Assembly (NCBI GenBank): GCA_039194325.1
Contig: JBCCWC010000001.1
Coordinates: forward strand, 128,001-192,000
Direction: 5' to 3'
Length of the DNA stretch: 64,000 nt
DNA from: Myxococcota bacterium
GTDB lineage: Bacteria; Myxococcota_A; Polyangia; Nannocystales; Nannocystaceae
Positions within the stretch are counted from its first letter, which is position 1; every line of letters starts with the position of its first letter. This document shows positions 42,029-53,625 of this stretch, in pieces. The position numbers and the translations under genes are program-made. The notes under the pieces were generated by a model that worked only from the letters and a program-made list of their open reading frames with translations, had not been told where the DNA came from and did no database searches.

Positions 42029-42505
42029 CTACTGGGCTGGGGTGACGTGCAAGAAGCCGAAGAACGACTCGGGCAGGTCGTCGAAGATCATCGCCTCACC
42101 GCAGCGGGGGCACGGCACGTCCTGGGGGAGGCGAGGCATCACCCCCGCGGCCACCTCGAGCGGCAGGGCGTGCTCCTGGTGGCAGGACTCGCAGTAGTAC
42201 GGGGCCATCACCGACACCACCGTCGCGCGCCCCGACGCTCCGTCTACGAGGTTGAGCTGGTTGACGATCGACACCGAACAACGCGCGAGCGACACGTCCC
42301 GCCCGTCGCTGGCGCTCTGGATGAACTGGACCCACTCCCGGACCCCGGGCGACGTGATCCGCTCCACCCCGCTCAGATCGAGGGTCACGACCGGGGGCAG
42401 CTGCGCAATGGCATCGCACAGCCTCGCCGACTCGGTGATCGCACCGCGAAGACGAACAATGTCCTCACCGCGCTCCGTCCCCTCCACCCACCACGTCAGC
42501 GACAT
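42029..42505 (-). CDS. STAS-like (anti-anti-sigma) domain + Zn-ribbon protein
   Basis: LDLSGVERITSPGV; CESC...CPRC; paralogous to the kinase N-terminus. Confidence 0.78.
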   Translation of the reverse strand: MSLTWWVEGTERGEDIVRLRGAITESARLCDAIAQLPPVVTLDLSGVERITSPGVREWVQFIQSASDGRDVSLARCSVSIVNQLNLVDGASGRATVVSVMAPYYCESCHQEHALPLEVAAGVMPRLPQDVPCPRCGEAMIFDDLPESFFGFLHVTPAQ

Positions 42506-42741
42506 CGGTCGATGTCAGCATATCACGGCCACTCACAGCGGCGACCGTGCTCGGGGATCACCCGACTACGGATCCGCGCGGTCACCCGACTGTCGACACC
42601 GTCAGACTCCCTACCCTCCTGCCCGAGAGCCCGTGACGATCCGGTCTTGGCCCGGGCACGCGTGGTAGGCTGGTGAGGGCTCGCGCCGTGCCCACGCGCC
42701 AACAATCCGCTCGGGTCCCAACGCCCGATACTGTGCGATTG

Positions 42742-44915
<2,174 letters not shown>

Positions 44916-44919
<4 letters not shown>

Positions 44920-47900
44920 GCATCAGCAAGGCCAATCCGGCCGCCGGCGAGCCCGCCTCCCTCGTGCGCCACAACTCGGACTTGGCTTCGGACTCGGCTT
45001 CGGACTCGGCTTCGGCGTCAGCTTCGGCCCCGCGAGCGCGCCGAAGCTCGATCCCCCGCTTCGTCGTCCCCCGCTGGCTGGAGGTGCTCGACGACCTTGA
45101 GCTTCGCCTTAGGCGGCGGCTACCCGGAGGCGAGCCCGCATCCTCCGGCGGCGAAGCCAACAACGCGGGTCGACTCCAACCGGGCAGCGTCGTCAAGCAA
45201 CGGTACCGGGTAGAGTCGCTGATCGGGCGTGGGGGCATGGGACGGGTATGGCGCGCCATCGACCCCGTTCGCAACCGCGTCGTCGCGGTCAAGGAGCTCA
45301 CGGCGCGATCGCAGTCGACCTTCGACGACTTCGACGACTTCAGCGCCAAGCAGCGGCTAGCCAGCTTTAGCCGCGAGTTCTACACCATGTCGAAGCTGCG
45401 ACACCCGAGCATCGTCGAGGTCTTCGATTACGGGCTGCTCGGGGGCGGCTCCCGCTTCATCGTGATGGAGCTGGTCCCGGGCCAAGAGCTGCGAACCCTC
45501 GCGCGGGGCAAGAAGGTGCCGCTCTCGCAGGCTTTCAGCCTCGTCGAGCAGCTGGTGCGCGCGCTGGGCTTCATTCACTCGCGGCTCTACGTCCACTGCG
45601 ACATCAAGAGCGCCAACATCCGCGTTCGCCCCGATGGATCGATCAAGCTGCTCGACTTCGGGCTGCTCCATCAGCTGGGTACACCGACCGGCGACAACAT
45701 CAAGGGCACCCCCCAGTACATGGCCCCCGAGGTGATCCGAGGCGGCGTGATCGACGGACGGACCGATCTCTACTCGGTCGGGGTCCTCGCCTACGAGCTG
45801 ACCTACGGGGAGATGCCCTTCGGTGGGACCTCGCTCTACGAGGTGCTGGGCAAGCATTGCAACGCCAGGCCGCCCCGGCTGGGATCCGACCCGAACATCC
45901 CCCGACCGTGGGCCGAGATCCTCCTACGCCTGCTACGCAAGGATCCCGCCGATCGCTTCGCTGACGCCTCGGCGCTGCTGCGGGCCTTGTGCCCACTGAC
46001 CGGGAGCGCGGTCGAGCAGATCGACTCCCGGACCACCACCAGCTACCTGCGCACCGCCGAGCTGGTGGGACGCACCAACGAGGAGCGGCGGCTGTCCACG
46101 CTGCTCGGGGCCGTTCAAGAGCAGCGCGGCCACCCGCTATTCGTCTCCGGCGCGGCCGGGGTGGGTAAGACCCGGCTCCTGCAAGAGTTCCGGCTGAGCG
46201 CCAAGCTGGCCGGGGTCGAGACGATCGTGACCCGGTGCCACCCCGAGGCGTCGGCCCTCGCCCCCATCGGCGAGCTCGCCGCCCGCCTCAGCTTGCTCAG
46301 CAGCAACGAGATCCGGGCTCGCTACGCGCCACGCCTGGCGGGGCTGTTCCCCGGCCTCTTGGGGGGCTCGTCGCCCGCCCGGAGCGGCTCGATGCTCCAG
46401 TACCAGCAATCCCTGACCCAGTGGGCCCGGGAGTTCGCCGACCAGCTGCGCTTCATCCTCTTCGTGGAGGATCTGCACTGGGCCGACGCGGGCACGATCG
46501 ACATGCTCAACGCCCTACTCCGGGCCCTGCACGGCACCGGCGGCGCCGTCATCGGCACCTTCCGCGGCGACGAGGTCGATCGGCTGTCCGGGCTGTTCGA
46601 GACGGTCGACGACGGCCTCACCGAGGTGATGACCCTTGAGCCGCTGAGCGCCGACCACACCCACGAGCTCGTCTGCGCCACCATGGGCACCCGGCAGGGC
46701 CAAGAGCAGTGGCCCACGCTGCTCGAGCGGATCCACGAGGTCACCGCCGGTAATGCCTTCTTCATCACCGAGCTGTTGCGCGTGCTCATCGAAGAGGGAG
46801 CGTTCTGCATCGTCGGGGCGCAGTGGGTGCTGCAGACCGCCCCCGCCCGGCTCGAGCTCCCCCAGACCATCGCCGACGCCGTGTCGCGCCGCGTACGAAC
46901 CCTCCGCGGAGACGCGGCCGCGCTGTGCCGTCGCCTGGCTCCGCTGGGCCGCGTGCTGCCGATGGGCCTGGTCCGCGAGCTCGCCGAGGGGAGCGACGAA
47001 GATCTCTTCTCGCTCCTCGACGAGCTGGTCGAGCGCCAGTTCCTCAACGAAGGCGGCGCCACCATGACCTTCGCGCACGACACCGTGTGGCAGAGCATCG
47101 CGGATACGATGGGCGCCGAAGACCTCGCGCATGCCCACATGGCGGTCGCGCGGGCGCTGGACCGCAGCGAGCGCGAGCGCAAAGACGCGGCGCGCCTCGC
47201 CTATCACTTCGAACGCGGCGGCGATCACACCCGTGCCGTCGCCTGTTACCGCCGAGCAGGCGACGACGCCGACCGACGGCACATGAACCGGCAGGCGGCC
47301 GAGCACTATGCGCGCGCGGCCGATCTGGTCGAGGCCGAGGGCGCCGACGGCCGCGAAAAGACGCTCTTCGAGCTGTGGCGACGGGCGATCGATGCCGGCT
47401 ACACCGGCTACCCCGGGCTCGCCGTACGCTACACACAGAAGCTCCACGCGCTGTGGGAGCGCTACCTGGGCCAAGATCCGGCGCTGCTGAGCGCGGACTA
47501 CTACGCCAAGATCAGCCGCCTTCGCACCCGCCGGGGGCCGCTGACCCGGTGGAAGCTCAAGCGGGCCTGGCGTGACCGCACGATCGAGATCTCCGAGCGC
47601 GACCCCCTTCGGATCGTCCCCCAGATGGCGATCTATCGCAGCATGCAGGGCACGGTCTACGCCTCGGAGGGCAAGCTCGCCGAGCTGGCCAAGGTCTCCG
47701 ACCTCGTCCGCCGTCATCACGCCGAGGGGCCGCTGCTCGCCGCTGGCTTGCTCGGTGAGATCGGGGCCAACCTACACCTGGGCAAGTGGCGCGACCTGGA
47801 GAAGTTCTCGCGTGACGCCTGCGGCTGGTACGAGGACCACCTGGCGCGGGTCGGGGTCATGCCCCGCTACCTGTGGAAGGCCTATGTCTTCACCCAACAC

Positions 47901-48737
47901 TTTGCCGTGATCGGCCAGGCGATGTCCGGTCGCCCGCTCGACGAGCAGATCCTCGAGTCGGGGCTAGAGCTGAGCGAGCGCTTCGACTTCCCCGATCTAG
48001 CGTGGCTGCTCGAGTCCAACCGGGCGATCCGCGCCGCGGTGCTCGCCGATCCCGAGCCGATGAAGGCCAGCTACGACGCGCTGGTCACCGCCCTGCGCAA
48101 GCTGGGCAGCCCCCGCATGCTCGCGCGTCTGCTCCCCGCCTGGGTCGGTATGTACTGGATCCAGCGAAGGGAGCGCGAGCAGAGCGAGGCGGTGTGCACT
48201 CAGCTGGAAGGCTGGCGCAACAAGCACCCCGGCAACCTCTGGATGCAGCTCTACGCCACCGCGTTTCGGGGGTTCTACGAGGCCGAGTTCGGCGAGCCCG
48301 AAGCGGCGACCCGAGCCCTCGACACCGCCCTCGACGCCAGCGGCCACCATGGGTTTCGCTTTCGGGCCCAGCTTTTGTGTGCCAGCGCGCGGCACCAGCA
48401 TCGCCTGGGTCAGCTCGACCAGGCCCAGGCCCTCGCTCGTCAGGCCCTCGAGATGTCGCGCGACCCGGCGACCGCGTCGCCCTGGGACGAGCTGGTCGCC
48501 CTTCGAACCCTCGCCCAGGCCCTCGGCCCCGACGGGATCGACGTGGCCCGTGAGCAGATCGACGCGGCCCGTCGCTACCAGATGCCCTTCCACGAAGGGC
48601 TCGGCCAGCTGTGCCTCGCTTCCGCCCAGGAGGACGCAGGGTCGGATCCCTCCGCGGCCACCACCAGTCGCCGCCAGGGCGAGGCGATCCTGCAAAAGCT
48701 GCGGTGTACCGAGTGGCTCCGCCGAGCCGCTCAGTAG
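44916..48737 (+). CDS. Ser/Thr kinase - STAND/AAA ATPase - TPR protein
   Basis: GRGGMG, HCDIKSAN, DFG; GAAGVGKT, EDLHWAD, GNAFF. Start ATG 44916 overlaps the upstream stop (ATGA). Confidence 0.9.
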
Positions 48738-50845
48738 ATCGGGTGCGGCGCCCGATGCAGTCCCGGCCGCGCTCCCGGCCAATCGGCGTGCATACGGGGG
48801 CTACCCAGCGCCATCGCGCGACGCGACGGGGCCAGCGGGAACAAGCCCGGCACGATCACGCGGCACACCTCCAGCCCCGCCGCGTCCGCGACCGCCCCCG
48901 TCAGGCGGACCACCAACCACCGGTGACCACGCTCCCGAAACCATCGCTCCAGCAGGCGGTAGCGGGCACTCGGCGTGGTCGCGCGGTAGCTCGGCCGGTG
49001 CTCGAAGCGAGCCGAGTCCGCGCCAGGCAAGAACGCGTGGGCGCCAGCGTTGGCCGGGTCGAGGTAGCGCGCCATCAACGGCCAAAACCGTACCGAGCGG
49101 GCCAAAGAGCGCACGGCCGCCGGATCGAGGGGATCCTTGCTGGGGTGGTGATGGACGAGCAGCGAGACACACTGGGCGCAGCCCAGCTTCAGCGCATGGC
49201 GTAGTGCCTCGGTCGGACAAAAGCCGCCCCCTGGGATCAGCAGCGAGCCTCCGCGCGGCCAATTGCCCCGGCTGCGACGGGCGGTCAGGCGCAGCAAGAC
49301 CATCGGAAGGGGGAGCTCTAGCGTCAGCTCGAACAGCTCCACATCGAGGTGATGCCCGCGTAGGTAGTCGAGCCGACGACGGATCTCCGCGGTCGGGCGC
49401 CGCGGCAAAGTCAGCCGGGTGAGCGATCGACGGCGGTACCACGAGATCACGAACGCGTCCCGCTCGAGCAGCTCCACGGTGGCGTGCACCACCGCCTGGC
49501 GTAGCGTGCGGTGCGATGCACCTCCCGTGTAGAAAGGATCGCGATGCCGTACCCCCGGCGTGAGTCCTGGGGGTGGGTCGACAGCGACCGCCTCGTAGGG
49601 CACCAAGGCGGCCGATCCGGTGGTGAGCTCCAGCGCCGCACAGTACGAGCGTCGACCCGTCCGCGTCGCGCCGGCCGGCGATGGCGGGAGCTCACGCTCG
49701 ATCACCGGGATCCCCCCGGGGCCTCGACGCGCGCCCGCGGGCAGCCACACATGGGGTCGCGCCGCGCGTAGCTCATAGCGCTCGACCCCCTCGCTCACCG
49801 CCAACAACCGGCACATCGGCTCGTCGGGGGCGTTGGCATAGATCCCCCCGTTGGTGGAGCGATCGATGATCGTCCCCCCATCGGCACGGACCATGCGGAC
49901 GCTCCCCCACACGAAGGGTACATCCAGGGGATAGCGACCCTGCGGGCCACCGATCACCTCGATCTCCATCGGCGACAGGGGATCGTCGGCCACGCTCAGA
50001 TCGAGGCGACGGGCGCGTCGCGAGGGCAGCAGCGCCTGTCTGGTCTCCTGCAGTACCTCGGCCACCGTCGCGCGACGCCTCAAGCCACCGCCGGGACCAC
50101 AGCGGGGGCAATCGTCATGGGCGATCACCCGGCCGCGCACGAGGCCCTCGCCTCGGTGGACGGCGAGGAGCTCTCCGGGACCCAGCGGTCGCTCCTGCGC
50201 GTGGTGCCAGGTCTCCGCCAGCAAGGCTCGCATGTCTCGCCCCGACAGCGAGCTGCCAAGCGCCCACGGGTCGCTACCGCCCGCACGGGGCCCCCACCGC
50301 CCTAGCGCTCGCAACAGCGCGCAGCCGAGACAGACCTCGGCGCCCGCGAGCAGCACCATGCGGCCTATCGCCAGCGCCATCTGCCGAGCGGGGCGCCGAG
50401 CCGTCTGCCGAGCCGTCTGCCGAGTGGGGCGACCGGCCCGGGCAGGCCACCGGAGCGGGCAACTCAGCGCCGGCAGCTGCCAACCTCCCCGCGCGGCCAG
50501 CCAGCGCGCATGCTCGGCCAGTGGACCACGCCCGAAGATCTGGGGGCCCGACGGCGGCTCGATGGCGCGGAGTACATGATGCGCTGCGAGTGCACGACGT
50601 ACCGACATGCTTTGGCGACCGAACGCCTCAGAGATCCGGGCTACGAGTTCTTCTTCGCTCGACCCGTTGCGCAAAGACCGGGCGAGGCGCTTCACCGCGG
50701 CCTCGTCGACCCCGTCGGCCTCGAGCCACGTATCGTCGGCCGGGCGATGAGCAACGAGCCGGCGGCCCCGGGCAGTCAGCACCCAGCGCGCGGCCGCCCG
50801 TATCCGTCGCTGCTGCCGAGCCGCCTCGCTCATACGGGTGCTCAT
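48731..50845 (-). CDS. YcaO-family protein with a degenerate E1-like N-terminal region
   Basis: SEGVERY (ExxER), TGGASH...VELLERDA, C-terminal PHPIY; upstream CLGC and CPRC pairs as in fused cyclodehydratases. Confidence 0.85.
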   Translation of the reverse strand: MSTRMSEAARQQRRIRAAARWVLTARGRRLVAHRPADDTWLEADGVDEAAVKRLARSLRNGSSEEELVARISEAFGRQSMSVRRALAAHHVLRAIEPPSGPQIFGRGPLAEHARWLAARGGWQLPALSCPLRWPARAGRPTRQTARQTARRPARQMALAIGRMVLLAGAEVCLGCALLRALGRWGPRAGGSDPWALGSSLSGRDMRALLAETWHHAQERPLGPGELLAVHRGEGLVRGRVIAHDDCPRCGPGGGLRRRATVAEVLQETRQALLPSRRARRLDLSVADDPLSPMEIEVIGGPQGRYPLDVPFVWGSVRMVRADGGTIIDRSTNGGIYANAPDEPMCRLLAVSEGVERYELRAARPHVWLPAGARRGPGGIPVIERELPPSPAGATRTGRRSYCAALELTTGSAALVPYEAVAVDPPPGLTPGVRHRDPFYTGGASHRTLRQAVVHATVELLERDAFVISWYRRRSLTRLTLPRRPTAEIRRRLDYLRGHHLDVELFELTLELPLPMVLLRLTARRSRGNWPRGGSLLIPGGGFCPTEALRHALKLGCAQCVSLLVHHHPSKDPLDPAAVRSLARSVRFWPLMARYLDPANAGAHAFLPGADSARFEHRPSYRATTPSARYRLLERWFRERGHRWLVVRLTGAVADAAGLEVCRVIVPGLFPLAPSRRAMALGSPRMHADWPGARPGLHRAPHPIY

Positions 50846-50852
50846 GACGTGC

Positions 50853-51560
50853 TCATGGAGCATATCCAAAGCCCGCGAAGAACGGCGCGAGGACCTGCTC
50901 GATCTGGCTCGCCTGCGCTGAGGTCAACACGTCGCGCCACCAGCCGGTTCGACCGTCTGTAATGTGATTGCGGTGCAAGAGCGTCTCTCGCTCGTGGGGG
51001 AAGCGTTCCTCAAAATCCTCCTCGGTCAGCTTGGAGGCCCGGGCCCGTGTTTTTTCGATGCCCAGCGCATCCGCTAGGGCCTTCAGCTGTTCGGAGCTTC
51101 GGGGGTGCCCTACGTAGTCTGCGATCCGTCGCGCGCCGACCAAGTCGTCGGCCACGGCCTGCGCGTAGGGAACACACAGTGTCGGGCCCTCGACATAGGC
51201 GAGGTATGTCGATTGATGCATCTCCAAGACGGCCAAGATCTGCTCGAAGCTCTCGACTATGCCGACTTGGAGGGCAGAGGCGGCGGCATCGCGTGGATCT
51301 CGATGGGTGAATATATTACGGATCGCTCCTTCGAAGATCGCGGCTCGTGTCCGAGGCCCGGGCTGATGACACTTGATGATCACATCATGTTCGCGGCTCT
51401 CAGTGAGCAGATCATCGAGGCCATCATCCATTTCGTCGGGTTCGTGGATATATCCACACCGATCCGGGAGGAGTCGACCGTGGTCCCTCAACAACGCATG
51501 CGCAACTCGATAGGACCATGTCGAGGCGCTACGGGGCATTCCGCTACACAAGACGAACAT
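50853..51560 (-). CDS. Sulfotransferase-family protein
   Basis: GMPRSAST 5'-PSB loop; RDPRDAAAS 3'-PB motif; G..G.W. Confidence 0.82.
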   Translation of the reverse strand: MFVLCSGMPRSASTWSYRVAHALLRDHGRLLPDRCGYIHEPDEMDDGLDDLLTESREHDVIIKCHQPGPRTRAAIFEGAIRNIFTHRDPRDAAASALQVGIVESFEQILAVLEMHQSTYLAYVEGPTLCVPYAQAVADDLVGARRIADYVGHPRSSEQLKALADALGIEKTRARASKLTEEDFEERFPHERETLLHRNHITDGRTGWWRDVLTSAQASQIEQVLAPFFAGFGYAP

Positions 51561-51619
51561 CGTGGGGCAGCTGAGTTTTCTCCCACCATGGGTGGTCGAG
51601 GCAGTACGTTTTCTCCTGG

Positions 51620-51645
51620 TACAAAGATAGGCCGCTATCTTTGTA
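51620..51645. promoter_or_regulatory. Perfect 11-bp inverted repeat (operator or hairpin)
   Basis: TACAAAGATAG-GCCG-CTATCTTTGTA, 60 nt upstream of the sulfotransferase. Confidence 0.55.
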
Positions 51646-51840
51646 AATAACTATTATTAATAACCCATAAAACATCCAAAGCCTACTAAATTCGGTCCTG
51701 AGCCTAGGATTTTCCCTGACGCTGATGACTCGATCTCGAGCGCCTAAATGGCCGTGAGTGCCGTTCACGGCCGGTTTATGACCCAAAAGCATCATCGCGA
51801 AAAACGCGCAGTGCCCAAATTTAGTAATAACCCTTACAAG

Positions 51841-51881
51841 TTGACAAGGCAATGAACGCCTGCAATGTTTCGACTCGAAAC
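51841..51881 (+). promoter_or_regulatory. Candidate sigma70 promoter with overlapping palindrome
   Basis: TTGACA at 51841, 17-nt spacer ending TGC, weak -10 AATGTT; GTTTCGA-C-TCGAAAC at 51867-51881. Confidence 0.4.
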
Positions 51882-51981
51882 TCAACACGTCAGGCACTCA
51901 GCGCCTGCGCTGGCTCATCATCGGTCTCAATAGGACGTTGAGATCGGCGGTGGTCAGTTTCGTACATTTCAGGGGGAAACA

Positions 51982-52041
51982 ATGAAAGCACGCAAGAAGA
52001 TCAAGAAAGTCAAAAAGGTCGCCATTGTTGCCGGAGTCTGA
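51982..52041 (+). CDS. 19-aa peptide MKARKKIKKVKKVAIVAGV, candidate RiPP precursor
   Basis: AGGGGGA RBS immediately upstream, first ORF of the ligase-desulfurase operon, followed by a hairpin; missed by the ORF track. Confidence 0.65.
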   Translation: MKARKKIKKVKKVAIVAGV

Positions 52042-52070
52042 TCTCCCGCGGCGCCAACCTTTTCCACGAG

Positions 52071-52096
52071 GTGGCGGCTCGTGATCGAGCAGCCAC
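52071..52096 (+). other. Stem-loop between the peptide ORF and the ligase
   Basis: GTGGC-G-GCTCG-TGAT-CGAGC-A-GCCAC. Confidence 0.5.
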
Positions 52097-52116
52097 TGAC
52101 ACAATGGAATACCGCA

Positions 52117-53625
52117 ATGATGTCTTCGGAGACCCAGAAGCTCCGGATCGATGTCGACGTGGTCCCATGCCCGGGCGGGTTCGAGTTACACGATCGACGT
52201 ACTGGACTCGAGCTCGAGGTCGAGGTCGAGCCCGGCGTCCTCGATGAACACGGGGTCGTACTACCGGGCCGACACGAGCAGGCCGTTCGTGACTTTCTCG
52301 CGAGCGTCGGGTTGCTCGACGAGGGACTCGACGACCAAGCGATCCGGACCCGACAGCGACAGTACCTACGCTCGACCCGTGAAGATCGCCTGATCGAGTC
52401 GATCAACGCCGCTCTCGCCTTTGCCCGCGACTCGATCCCGTACTATCGCAACACCCATACCCGGCGTAACCACCCCGATCTCGCCTCGTTCGGCGAGGCC
52501 CCGCTCATGCGCAAGCGGGACGTACGCCTGCGCCTCTACGATCTGCTCCCCGACTCGCTCGAGCTCGACCGGGGCTTGAGCGAGGGGGATCTGGAGTGGA
52601 CCGCGACCAGCGGGACCACCGACGAGCGCCTCCAGGTCGTGTGCTCCATGGCGGAGGTCGGTCTACCCGAAGACTGTGCCTCCTTGTGGGGGCTCCAGCT
52701 GCCCCCGACCCCTCGCACCGCGGTGCTGACCTCACCCACCTGCATGGGTACCGAGTGTCACCTGGGGCACGCCCCCTATGAGGCCCGAATACGGGGGCAG
52801 AACACGCTCTACCTCAACTCCGCGACCGATCTCTTCTCGATCTCGGACGACCGGGTCCGCAACATCATCGAGGAGATCGTGCAGTTCGAGCCCGACCTGC
52901 TCGTGGTCAACCCCGTCTACCTGCACTGGGTCTTGCTGCGCGCCCGCGCGCTGGCGCTGCCCATGCCTAGGGTCAGCGCGGTGATCTCCACCTATCAGTA
53001 CCTCGCCCAGGTCCAGCGGCGGGCCATCGAGCACGCCCTGCGGGTGCCCGTGCTCTCGATGTACACCGCCACCGAGCTCGCGGGCACGCGGGTCGCGCTC
53101 TCGTGCGCCCGCGGGCGCCTCCACGTGCTCGAGGACAACGTCCACGTCGAGGTCGTACCCAGCGCCTACAACCTGCCCAACGGGGTCGGACACCTGGCGA
53201 TCACCACCCATTCGAACCGGGTAATGCCGCTGTTTCGCTACCTGGTGGGCGATGTGGGGCGACTGGTGCCCCATGACTGCGATTGCTCCTACGGACACCA
53301 CCCGATCCTCGAGATCCACGGGCGAGCCAAGGACATCATCTCGGTGGGCGAGCGCCACGTGACCACGCGGATGCTCGACGAGGCGATCGGCACGCCGCCG
53401 GGCGTCGAGCTCTATCAGTGCGCGCAGATCGGTCGTCGCTCGATCGAGCTGCGAGTGGTCCCCTCGTGGGGCGAGCGCTTCGACGAGGTCGCGCTCCGCG
53501 AGCAAGTCGCCGAGCTCTGCGGAGCCCGGATCCGGCTGCTCGAGGTCCGCCGCTTGGATCCGGCGCCATCCTTGAAATTCCCGCTCTCCGAGAACGCGGG
53601 CTTCGGCAAGGCGGCCGGCCCATGA
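52117..53625 (+). CDS. Phenylacetate-CoA ligase/F390 synthetase-like adenylate-forming enzyme with N-terminal extension
   Basis: ARDSIPYY, TSGTT, YTATE, MPLFRYLVGD, HGRAKD; extra ~80-aa N-terminus. Confidence 0.82.
   Translation: MMSSETQKLRIDVDVVPCPGGFELHDRRTGLELEVEVEPGVLDEHGVVLPGRHEQAVRDFLASVGLLDEGLDDQAIRTRQRQYLRSTREDRLIESINAALAFARDSIPYYRNTHTRRNHPDLASFGEAPLMRKRDVRLRLYDLLPDSLELDRGLSEGDLEWTATSGTTDERLQVVCSMAEVGLPEDCASLWGLQLPPTPRTAVLTSPTCMGTECHLGHAPYEARIRGQNTLYLNSATDLFSISDDRVRNIIEEIVQFEPDLLVVNPVYLHWVLLRARALALPMPRVSAVISTYQYLAQVQRRAIEHALRVPVLSMYTATELAGTRVALSCARGRLHVLEDNVHVEVVPSAYNLPNGVGHLAITTHSNRVMPLFRYLVGDVGRLVPHDCDCSYGHHPILEIHGRAKDIISVGERHVTTRMLDEAIGTPPGVELYQCAQIGRRSIELRVVPSWGERFDEVALREQVAELCGARIRLLEVRRLDPAPSLKFPLSENAGFGKAAGP

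Noticed and set aside
51544..51897. 117-aa minus-strand ORF in the AT-rich region
   Set aside because: No RBS or recognisable motif, overlaps the sulfotransferase start and regulatory palindromes; probably a chance ORF.
51852..51941. 29-aa Ser/Cys/Thr-rich ORF (MNACNVSTRNSTRQALSACAGSSSVSIGR) as the YcaO substrate
   Set aside because: Weak RBS and its start lies inside the candidate promoter. Kept only as a fallback to test if the 19-mer fails.
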